From: Spirochaetia bacterium
Lineage (GTDB): Bacteria > Spirochaetota > Spirochaetia > SP-2023
Direction: 5' to 3'
NCBI GenBank assembly: GCA_965263295.1
Contig: OZ253665.1
Span: 512,001-576,000 of the forward strand
DNA length: 64,000 nucleotides
Shown here: piece by piece, positions 51,456-60,154 of the stretch
Layout: every line of letters begins with the position of its first letter
Numbering within the stretch: the stretch's first letter is position 1
Program-made: the position numbers and the translations under genes
Notes under the pieces: model-generated
Told to the model about the DNA's origin: nothing
Database searches by the model: none
The model's input: only the letters and a program-made list of their open reading frames with translations

Positions 51456-53198
51456 TTAATTCTTGCAAGAAAGGGTGGGACGATGTAATAATTCTAGAGC
51501 TACTTCGCGCTCATCCCAGGGTATCTCGCGCTGCTTGGCCAAGATGATTGATTGCTCGTGTCCTTTACCTAGCAGTAATACCAGGTCGTTAGGTCGCGCC
51601 AGGGAAAACAGCTGAGACATTGCCAGTCGGCGCTCAGGTATTAGAAATAGATTTTTGCCGCAAGTAAAACCGGATTCTGAGGGAATGCCATCCTGAATAT
51701 CTTTGAGAATAGCCATCTCGTCTTCATTGCGCGGGTCTTCATTACACAGGACAATGATGTCGGCATACTGTGCCGCCAGAGCCCCCTGTCGGGGGCGTTT
51801 TTGGCGGTCGCGCTCACCACCTGAGCCGAAGAGCACAAGCATGCGGGCATTAGGTGCGAGCAAATGTCGCATTTCAGGCAATAGACGAGAAAAGGACCCG
51901 GGGCTGTGCGCATAGTCGATAAGTACGGTAAATGAAGTGTTTGCCGGCAACAATTCCATGCGGCCCTTGGGCGCTCGCAATGCCAGTTGAGGGTTGCCAC
52001 TTTTTTGCAGCGCTTTGAGCAAGGCATGGGGGTCACTGTTGGGCAGGGTTGCGCAACACAGTGTTATGGCTCCTAGCGTGTTTTCGACGTAGGCACTGCC
52101 GGGAATGTCAATTTGACAGAGCGAGAGAGCTGATGAAATTTCAGGGGCGAATAGTTCAAACTGTGAATTGGCTACGCCAAATTTTGAATTTTCGGCCCGG
52201 AGTAAACCTTCATAAGGGGGAATGGCCTGATGCGGCAGCGCCAATTTGGGAGATTTTTTATTTGACTTTGCGGTTGGATTGACTTTATAGCCCCAGTAGC
52301 GTAAGTCTTGGCGTGCGCCACTGAAGGCATAAAGCGCCCCAATTGTAGGCTCATCGACTTGCCAGACAGCGGCTCCTCCTGGTTTCAGGAGTTCAAATAT
52401 TCTTGCTTTATCACGAATGTAACATTCCATGCTGCCGTGGAATTCCAGATGTTCAGGGCTCAGGTTGCTAAACAGGGCTCCCGCAAGTTGGACGTGCATG
52501 AGCCGCGCTGTGCGCGGTGAAAGCCCATGGGAGGAACACTCCAACACTGCGTACAGGCAACCATTCGCTTTCATGCGGGCCAAAGCTCGCTGTACAATCA
52601 GGGATTCAGGAGTGGTCTGGTGTACGGGATTGGGCTGTAAGCCCTGGCCGAGATCTACGCCAAAGGTACTGAGTAAGCCGCTGCGAGGGCCATATTGAGC
52701 CTGGAGTATCTGGTAGCTCAGGTAAGCGATGGAAGTTTTGCCATCCGTGCCAGTAATACCGAGTACTGGCAATTGATGGGAAGGTTGGCCAAAACAGTAG
52801 GCGCTTAGAAGAGACAAGGCTTGCCGGCTGTCGCTAACTTGAAAGGCGGCAATATTTTGGTCCGAAAGCTGCGCTAAGAGTTTGGCCGGCAGTGCTCTTT
52901 GGTAGACTACCGACTTGCAGCGCATTTCTAAAACTTGCGGAATAAAGTTGTGTCCGTCGAGATTCTCGCCGATCAAAGCCACAAAAATATGCCAAGGTTG
53001 CAGTAAGCGCGAATCGTAGCACGGACAAAGCCGTTGTCGCCGGCTTACATCTATGACAGCCAGCTGTTCCAAGTTGTTGCTTGTAAGGATTTGTGCCTGA
53101 TGCAGTTGTTCTGTAATTTCGCGCAGCGAACACGGTCGCAGCAGGTCTTCGTCGTCGCCAAAGAGCTGCCGTGTTATTGGGTCCTGTGTGTTGGACAT
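51456..53198 (-). CDS. murE: UDP-N-acetylmuramoyl-L-alanyl-D-glutamate diamino-acid ligase
   Basis: GITGTDGKTS, TTPES, ECSSHG, EHLEFH, GRME, IDYAHSP, EDPR, GKGHE. Confidence 0.94.
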   Translation of the reverse strand: MSNTQDPITRQLFGDDEDLLRPCSLREITEQLHQAQILTSNNLEQLAVIDVSRRQRLCPCYDSRLLQPWHIFVALIGENLDGHNFIPQVLEMRCKSVVYQRALPAKLLAQLSDQNIAAFQVSDSRQALSLLSAYCFGQPSHQLPVLGITGTDGKTSIAYLSYQILQAQYGPRSGLLSTFGVDLGQGLQPNPVHQTTPESLIVQRALARMKANGCLYAVLECSSHGLSPRTARLMHVQLAGALFSNLSPEHLEFHGSMECYIRDKARIFELLKPGGAAVWQVDEPTIGALYAFSGARQDLRYWGYKVNPTAKSNKKSPKLALPHQAIPPYEGLLRAENSKFGVANSQFELFAPEISSALSLCQIDIPGSAYVENTLGAITLCCATLPNSDPHALLKALQKSGNPQLALRAPKGRMELLPANTSFTVLIDYAHSPGSFSRLLPEMRHLLAPNARMLVLFGSGGERDRQKRPRQGALAAQYADIIVLCNEDPRNEDEMAILKDIQDGIPSESGFTCGKNLFLIPERRLAMSQLFSLARPNDLVLLLGKGHEQSIILAKQREIPWDEREVALELLHRPTLSCKN

Positions 53199-54607
53199 GA
53201 CTGCATTTGAAGTGAATTGAGGTCAGTAAAGAAACTGGGAAATGTCACTGCCACATAACTGGAATCGTCCAGTGACAGAGGATATTTGGGGCCCAGCAGG
53301 TTGAGCAAGGACAAAGCCATGATGATGCGGTGATCGCGATAACCCCGTGTCGCGCGCGTTCGCGCTTCGTTCATAAAGCGTGTGATACCTCCAGTCACAC
53401 TCAAGCCGTCCGGGTTTTCCTCGACAGTGAAGCCCAGGTTGTGCAATTCTTTTGCCATGCAGGCGATGCGGTCGGTTTCTTTTTTGCGGGCGTGTGCCAC
53501 GTTATATATGAGGCTCGTACCTGAGGCACAGACACAAGTTACGGCCATTGCGGGCAGGGCATCGGGAGTAGCTCCCAAATCCAGGTCTACTGACTTGAGC
53601 TGCTCCGGACCAGAAAATTCGAGCAAATAATTGCGCAAATTGTTTTTATCTTGGAGATCATTGGTGGCTACGCTACCTGACCGTTCGTCTTCTTGCCAAT
53701 GATAACGACAGCCCATGCTTTGTAATAAATTCAAGATATGTTTGTCTCCCTGACTATCGTGTGGATCCAGTCCGCGCAGCCGAATACTGCTGCCGGTAAT
53801 AGCGGCTGCGCACAAGAAGAATGTCGCTGAAGAAAAATCGGCACAGATAGAGCATTGAAAGGGTCGATATTGTTGACCACCATATAACTGATAGCGATCG
53901 TAACCTTCATTGCGCCACTGGATTCCTTGGCTGTGCAGCCAATCTAGGGTCATGTTTATGTAAGGATGTTCATTGAGCAATTCCATTTCTATTTCAAACT
54001 CACAGCCGCTTTCGCTCAATGGCAGGGCCAGAAGCAAGGCACTGAGGTACTGGCTGGTCGGCGCAGCAAGCCGGGTTGATCCACCGATTATGGGACCTTG
54101 AATGGTATAAGGACAGCAGAAATCCTGACCTTCAGTGCTAACCTTGACCCCAAAATCTTGTAATGCCTGCAATAAATTTTTTGCTGAGCGTCTGCGGATG
54201 GAATGGTCGCCATCAAAGCGCACCGGACGGCGGAACAGGGCTGCAACAGCAGTGCCTAAGTATAGTGTAGTAGCTGAATTACCGACATCAATTTGAATGA
54301 CTTCACTTGATTCCTCAGCGAAACGGGCCGGATCAATAGCACGCACGCGCCACTGGATGGGCATTGTATTGCCGGGGAGCCCAACTTTTTCTTCAATGAT
54401 AATGGCCCCCAGCTGCTCAAACATTCTGCGGGCAGAAATAGTATCTCGCGACAGTAGGGGTGAACGCAAACGACTTTCAGCTGAGTTCTGCTTTTTATGA
54501 GCCAAAGAGGCAATCAACAGGGCACGAATAGTATGCGACTTTGAACCAGGGATAGTCAATTCACCTTGAAGTTGCGTAGTGCGATTGGATATGAGAGCTG
54601 AACGCAT
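53174..54607 (-). CDS. aroA: 3-phosphoshikimate 1-carboxyvinyltransferase (EPSP synthase)
   Basis: PGSKSHTIRAL, GNSATT, SQYLSALL, KETDRI, DHRI, FPSF. Confidence 0.95.
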   Translation of the reverse strand: MRSALISNRTTQLQGELTIPGSKSHTIRALLIASLAHKKQNSAESRLRSPLLSRDTISARRMFEQLGAIIIEEKVGLPGNTMPIQWRVRAIDPARFAEESSEVIQIDVGNSATTLYLGTAVAALFRRPVRFDGDHSIRRRSAKNLLQALQDFGVKVSTEGQDFCCPYTIQGPIIGGSTRLAAPTSQYLSALLLALPLSESGCEFEIEMELLNEHPYINMTLDWLHSQGIQWRNEGYDRYQLYGGQQYRPFQCSICADFSSATFFLCAAAITGSSIRLRGLDPHDSQGDKHILNLLQSMGCRYHWQEDERSGSVATNDLQDKNNLRNYLLEFSGPEQLKSVDLDLGATPDALPAMAVTCVCASGTSLIYNVAHARKKETDRIACMAKELHNLGFTVEENPDGLSVTGGITRFMNEARTRATRGYRDHRIIMALSLLNLLGPKYPLSLDDSSYVAVTFPSFFTDLNSLQMQSCPTHRTQ

Positions 54608-54741
54608 TAAAGGATTTCCATAGGCTTGTCCAAGACTAATTTTATGGCTAATTTTACGGCCAATTTCCAGTTATATATTTTACACTTATAAATATCGCCT
54701 AAAAGATCAAAGCAGAGTTTAGCTCGCAAGCTGAGCAATGC

Positions 54742-56232
54742 TCAGGCAAAACTCTTGCCACCATTGGCGCCAAGCAGATCAGTTTCGGCCGCTGTGATCT
54801 GATTCAGTTGTAGCTGATTGATATTTCGGGCTTTGTCTTGACTGGTTTGATAGTCTTGCATACTTTTAACCAGTTCCTGGGCTTGTTTTTCAACGATAGC
54901 GCCTTGGGCGAAGAAGTTCTTGGTAACTTTTTCAATCTCGTCAGAGCCGATACTGATGCGGCTGAAACTATTGCGCAGCTTATCCGTATAATTACTGAGT
55001 TCTTCCATTGGCTTCAATAAAGTTTCACGCACAATATTGTTCTCTGCAAAACTTAGACTAATATCTTCAACGCGCTCTTTTAGCTTGCGCTGCATAGAGT
55101 TTATTATTTCTATTGTATTGCTGATATCTCGTGCTGCTGTACTCAATTGTTGCAAATCCGTAATTACATTTTCCATACGATTATTCAGCACGGTACGCAG
55201 GTCGCTGAGTTGAGTTCCCGAGCTTTTGGCGACATTTATAATGGCTTCAATCTGCTCGCGAATTTCTGAAGTCAATGTGCCTGAGTTCGTCGCCAAGTTG
55301 CGAATTTGCAGGGCGACAATGGTAAAGCCACGTCCTGATTCACCGGCGCGAGCGGCTTCGATAGAAGCATTGATTGAAAGGAGATGAGTACTTTCTGCAA
55401 TATCTTCAATTTCTTCAAGGAGTTTTTCAATGCGGGTAAAGCGCTGGGACTGTTCATCAATAGAACGTGTCGATTCCTTGGCAAATTGAATGGTGACACC
55501 GAATAAGTCATTGTTTGTCTCGCTGTGGTCACCGGTCTTGCCGCTGTTTTGATCGCCCAGAGAATGTTTCAGGCTATCCATGCTGCTGAGGAATTCCTGT
55601 GTAAGGTTAGATTGCTTCTGAATGTAGTGGGTGAAGTCTTTGAAGCTATCATTTAAAATGGTCGAATGCTCGGAGACTTGGCCAATATTTTGAGTAAACT
55701 TTTGTAAATTGTCTTTGGCATTATTCATTGCCTGGACCTGATTTTCGCTGATTTGGTCAATGTTGCCTAAGCTGGTAAATACGGCTTGAAGAATATCGCC
55801 AGCGTGCCGTAAGCTAACATTAAAATCAATACCATTCTCACGCATTGTGCTCGCCAGTGTCTTGGTGTTCCCCAACATTAGGTCTAAGCGACCGACAAAG
55901 GCATTGAGCCAAAAGGCCAGCTGCCCAACTTCATCGCTTGATTCAATATCAATTTTGCGAGTCAAGTCTCCTTGACCTTCGGCGATGTCTTTTAATTCGT
56001 ATGCAATTAGCCGAATAATACGTACAACCGTAATTTTGCTGATAAGAAAACACAAAAAGCCCATAATTGTGCCAACGACTACACAACTTAAGAAAAAGAT
56101 AAAAAATTGGAAGTTGGAAGTAAAATGAATGCCAAACAGTTGGACATAGAAAGGAAAAATAATGCCGCAAAAGAAGCCATATAGCAAAAAAATAATGAGA
56201 CTTAAGTGGACAATAGAGTTACTGCGATGCAT
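54742..56232 (-). CDS. Methyl-accepting chemotaxis protein (2 TM, HAMP)
   Basis: GDLTRKI...DEVGQL HAMP; LLSINASIEAARAGESGRGF signalling tip. Confidence 0.9.
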   Translation of the reverse strand: MHRSNSIVHLSLIIFLLYGFFCGIIFPFYVQLFGIHFTSNFQFFIFFLSCVVVGTIMGFLCFLISKITVVRIIRLIAYELKDIAEGQGDLTRKIDIESSDEVGQLAFWLNAFVGRLDLMLGNTKTLASTMRENGIDFNVSLRHAGDILQAVFTSLGNIDQISENQVQAMNNAKDNLQKFTQNIGQVSEHSTILNDSFKDFTHYIQKQSNLTQEFLSSMDSLKHSLGDQNSGKTGDHSETNNDLFGVTIQFAKESTRSIDEQSQRFTRIEKLLEEIEDIAESTHLLSINASIEAARAGESGRGFTIVALQIRNLATNSGTLTSEIREQIEAIINVAKSSGTQLSDLRTVLNNRMENVITDLQQLSTAARDISNTIEIINSMQRKLKERVEDISLSFAENNIVRETLLKPMEELSNYTDKLRNSFSRISIGSDEIEKVTKNFFAQGAIVEKQAQELVKSMQDYQTSQDKARNINQLQLNQITAAETDLLGANGGKSFA

Positions 56233-56236
56233 TTAT

Positions 56237-57922
56237 TTATCTCCTGAGATAGGATAGTTCTTTGGGTAGAGGAACATTGTTGCCCACTTCATCCTCCCCG
56301 TAGCCGTTTTCCGCAAGTATGGCAATATCAGCTAGAACCCTTGAATCCCCTTCAAAGCTTATCGCCAAGCTAAAGACCATGTCAATTTTTCCTGTAGCCA
56401 TTAGATAGGCAACTTCGCGTTTGACGTATTCTAGAAATTCTTCCCCGGCAGATGGTTGCTCCAAAGAATCCATGGACAGCGACTCATAGACTACAATCTT
56501 TCCTTGCTTCTGCAAACTCCGAAACAGCTCTAAAAAATATTTCTGCATCAGGATCTGGTCCTGATGCGGAAGCTTGCGCAGCTGCTTGGTATACTTTTGA
56601 CCATCTTTGCTTTCGGCGATAATTTTGCCGATCTCTCGCCGTTTTCCCACGTTTATGACTTCATTGGCACGAAACAGGTCCAAAGGGATTGCGGCGTTGT
56701 ATGTTGTATCGTTAAGCGTCATGGTGACTTTACTGCCGTAGTGCATAACAATGCGGGCGACCAAGGTCGAAGGGCGCACATGAAAGCCTCGATAACGGGG
56801 AATCGGCAGGTCAATTTTCTTTTGCTCTGAGTATTTTTGTATCAGGCGTTTGGAAATTTTTTCGACTTGCTGGCGAAAACGGTCAATATAATTGATAAAA
56901 AAATCAAATATAATACCCTGAATAATTTCATCGTTAAGTATAAGACTAATATGGTGTTCGACAAAAAATTGATAATGGCGTTCCTGAATGCGCATTAGGA
57001 TGCTAAAACCAGTCAGCAGTTTGTACACCACCTTGACGTGATTGATTAGATCGACAACTTCAGGATCGACAATAATTTGTCTGCGAGAGCACTGTGTGTC
57101 AAAGAAAGTGATAATACTGTGAAAGAGTTCACGCTGTGCATTCAGTGTCTCCTCATGAAGTTCGTTGGCAATAACTTCTTTTCGTTTATTGCTTTTGGTA
57201 TTGATCAGGTGGTTAATGTATTCAATGGTATTGCAATTGTTGAGCAAGGAGCTGACGAGATAAAGGATGGTCTCCTGAGTCTTGAGTGCACGCATATTGC
57301 TGGAAGTCACTTCGGGGTTGGCAACAGAATCGAAGGAAGAACTGGTTTTGAGGCGCAAAAGGGGCTTGATGTCTGGCGAGAAATATTTATTGAAAATGAG
57401 TGGCAATTGACAGCCTTCTTCAAGAACTCCCAGCTGTTTCACTTCTTTTAGAAAGTTTTGTGTGCTCTCCAACAGCATGTTGTAAAAATGGTGGAGGACG
57501 AACTGGGTAGCCATGGCAAAGTTGCCTTCGACAGAATCTGAGAGCTTTTCCGCCATTAGACTAAGGTATTGCAGCTTAGCCGTGATAGAACAGCTATGCT
57601 TGATCAAGGCGACGAGTTTGCGCAAGTAAGCCCATTCATGCTGACGATCAGCGTGTACCCGATCAAGTACGTCTTCACAGCGGGTGCATTCCATCATGAA
57701 ACGGTAGACACCGCCGCTATTCAGCAAGACCTCTGTGGACTGCTCCTGTTGTTTAATCAGCAATTGGTTGCACATGGCACAAAGGTCCAGTACCTCTGTG
57801 CGCAGCAAGACTGCAAACTCTTTATGGTAGACCCGGTAAAAGTCTTCCTCAAGGTTTTTGTATGGCTCACTCTGCCCAGTTTGTGGCGAGTCTGTGGCCA
57901 TTTTTAATGCTGCATCCGACAT
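56237..57922 (-). CDS. Large protein with a C-terminal HPr-like domain
   Basis: GFHVRPSTLVA (HPr His15 motif) and a distal ISFEGD...LA..GYGE segment resembling the HPr C-terminus. Confidence 0.75.
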   Translation of the reverse strand: MSDAALKMATDSPQTGQSEPYKNLEEDFYRVYHKEFAVLLRTEVLDLCAMCNQLLIKQQEQSTEVLLNSGGVYRFMMECTRCEDVLDRVHADRQHEWAYLRKLVALIKHSCSITAKLQYLSLMAEKLSDSVEGNFAMATQFVLHHFYNMLLESTQNFLKEVKQLGVLEEGCQLPLIFNKYFSPDIKPLLRLKTSSSFDSVANPEVTSSNMRALKTQETILYLVSSLLNNCNTIEYINHLINTKSNKRKEVIANELHEETLNAQRELFHSIITFFDTQCSRRQIIVDPEVVDLINHVKVVYKLLTGFSILMRIQERHYQFFVEHHISLILNDEIIQGIIFDFFINYIDRFRQQVEKISKRLIQKYSEQKKIDLPIPRYRGFHVRPSTLVARIVMHYGSKVTMTLNDTTYNAAIPLDLFRANEVINVGKRREIGKIIAESKDGQKYTKQLRKLPHQDQILMQKYFLELFRSLQKQGKIVVYESLSMDSLEQPSAGEEFLEYVKREVAYLMATGKIDMVFSLAISFEGDSRVLADIAILAENGYGEDEVGNNVPLPKELSYLRR

Positions 57923-57965
57923 AAATTGTTCCCTGAAGCCGCGGAGCGTGCTCAGCGGAGCGTGC

Positions 57966-59606
57966 TTAGATGACTATGCGATCGTGCCTGCCGCCAAACA
58001 TTTGATCGCGCAGCTTTTTAACTTTTTTGTCTTGAATATACTCGTCAAACTTCATATGGCGGTCAATAATGCCGTTAGGCGTAAACTCTACAATCCGATT
58101 GGCAATAGTCTGAATAAACTGATGGTCGTGTGAACTAAACAGCAGTATGCCATTAAAGTCGATTAAACCATTATTTAAGGCAGTAATGGATTCGAGGTCA
58201 AGGTGGGCGATAGGGTCGTCGAGTATCAGCATATTGGCTTCGGCCAACATTAATCTGGCTAGCATACAGCGAATTTTTTCACCGCCGGAAAGCACATTCA
58301 CCGGCTTGAGGGACTCGTCGCCACTGAATAGCATGCGGCCCAGGAAACCCCTGATATAGCTTTGGTCTTCATTGTCTGAATATTGGCGCAGCCAGTCCGT
58401 CATGTTGATATCGCTGGAGAAGAATTCAATGTTATTGCGGGGCAAATACCCAATGCTAATGGTCTGGCCAATTTTGATCTCACCGCAGCTCGGCTCGACT
58501 TCGCCGGCAATCAGCTGCATTAGCGCGGTCTTGCGCTGGTTGTCCGAGCCGACAAAGCCAATTTTGTCACCGTTTTCTACGCGAAATTCCAGGTTCTCGA
58601 AAAGTTTTTCACCTTCGGGCGCAGCATAATTGAGACCGGTTATTTCTATCACGTTGCGTCCAGCTTCGCGTGCGGGTTTAAAGGCGATGTAGGGGAAGCG
58701 TCGCGACGAGGCGGGCAGGGAACTGATGTCGAGCTTGTCCAGTTCCTTGCGGCGTGAAGTCGCCTGCTTGGATCGCGCGGCGTTGGCCGAAAAGCGCTGG
58801 ATGAATTCTTTGAGCTCCGCAGCGCGTTCCTCGTTTTTCTTGCGCTGATCGCGGCGCTGGGCGTTGATGATTTCGGAAGTTTTTTGCCAGAAGTCGTAAT
58901 TGCCCACAAACATCGTCATTTTGCTAAAATCGATGTCGACCATGTGGGTACATACTTGGTTGAGAAAGTGGCGGTCGTGCGATACTAGAATGACGGTATT
59001 TTCAAAATTATAAAGGAAGTTTTCCAGCCAGGTAATGGACTCTAGGTCTAAGTGATTGGTCGGTTCGTCGAGTAGCAAGTTGTCTGGGTTGCCGAACAGG
59101 GACTGGGCCAGCAAGACACGCACCTTGATATTGTCGTCCAGCTCGCGCATGCGTTTTTCGTGCAAGTCGTTTTCTATACCCAGACCGTTCAGCAGAATCG
59201 CTGCTTCATTTTCCGCTTCGTAGCCACCGAGTTCGGCAAACTCTACTTCCAGGTCTGCAACTTTCATCCCGTCTTCTTCATTGAAATCGGCTTTAGAATA
59301 CAGTTCATCTCGTTGCCTGCTGACTTCATAAAGACGCTTATGCCCCATGATCGTCGTCTCTAAAACGCTGTACTGATCATAGACAAAGTGGTCCTGTTCA
59401 AGTAGAGCCAGGCGTTCTGTGCTGGGCATGGCGATATTGCCGTGGTCCGGCTCCTGCCGGCCTGCAATGATATTCAGAAAAGTAGATTTGCCGGCGCCAT
59501 TGGCGCCGATGATACCGTAACAATTGCCCGGCGAAAATTTGAGGTTGACCTGGTCAAATAATAGTCGCTGGCCAAAAGATAAGCGCATGTCGCTGACGGT
59601 AATCAC
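57966..59606 (-). CDS. ABC-F family ATPase (YbiT-like)
   Basis: GANGAGKST, LLDEPTNHLD, SHDRHFLN, LSGGEK; two NBDs, no TM; GTG start VITVSD at 59606. Confidence 0.93.
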   Translation of the reverse strand: MITVSDMRLSFGQRLLFDQVNLKFSPGNCYGIIGANGAGKSTFLNIIAGRQEPDHGNIAMPSTERLALLEQDHFVYDQYSVLETTIMGHKRLYEVSRQRDELYSKADFNEEDGMKVADLEVEFAELGGYEAENEAAILLNGLGIENDLHEKRMRELDDNIKVRVLLAQSLFGNPDNLLLDEPTNHLDLESITWLENFLYNFENTVILVSHDRHFLNQVCTHMVDIDFSKMTMFVGNYDFWQKTSEIINAQRRDQRKKNEERAAELKEFIQRFSANAARSKQATSRRKELDKLDISSLPASSRRFPYIAFKPAREAGRNVIEITGLNYAAPEGEKLFENLEFRVENGDKIGFVGSDNQRKTALMQLIAGEVEPSCGEIKIGQTISIGYLPRNNIEFFSSDINMTDWLRQYSDNEDQSYIRGFLGRMLFSGDESLKPVNVLSGGEKIRCMLARLMLAEANMLILDDPIAHLDLESITALNNGLIDFNGILLFSSHDHQFIQTIANRIVEFTPNGIIDRHMKFDEYIQDKKVKKLRDQMFGGRHDRIVI

Positions 59607-59967
59607 TGCTTCATCCCTAAGATATAATTCTTGTAGCTCTGTCTTTATACTTGCACTGCAATTGCGAAAATGCAAAATCCTCAGCTACTTTGAGGACTAG
59701 GTGCGAAAATAGCTAAATTGAACAAAAGAATCTAGCGACCTAAAAAACGGATTGAAATTTTGCCGATAATACCGGGCTTCTCACTTAACTACAAAGCACT
59801 TGCCGCCAAACCATTTGTCATAGTGTCATAGGGCCGCTCAAATCTAAATTAAACCAGAAAGCAAAAATTATACTTTAAAATAATATATTCTCAAGCATGT
59901 AAGAAGCCATAAAAATAATATAGACAAAGATTTTTTGCCAATATTTTTTATATTCTTTGACGGCTGC

Positions 59968-60050
59968 TACCGGCAGTGGGAGTCGAACCCACACACCCAC
60001 AGGGCACCAGATTTTGAGTCTGGCGTGTCTACCAATTCCACCACGCCGGC
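59968..60050 (-). tRNA. tRNA-Leu(CAA)
   Basis: GCCGGCG...TGCCGGT-A, anticodon arm CCAGA-CTCAAAA-TCTGG, GGTTCGACTCC; TTGACA upstream at 60090-60085. Confidence 0.95.
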
Positions 60051-60154
60051 CATCGGGCGATAAAATATTAAAATAAGCCACGTCTGTCAAGCCAATCCGG
60101 TTGTATATTTGTATGCCAAATGACGCAAAAGGCCGGTGCTATAATAAAAGGCCA

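Noticed and set aside
57941..57966. 12-bp direct repeat GCGGAGCGTGCT
   Set aside because: Only two copies in a short intergenic gap; no evidence of function
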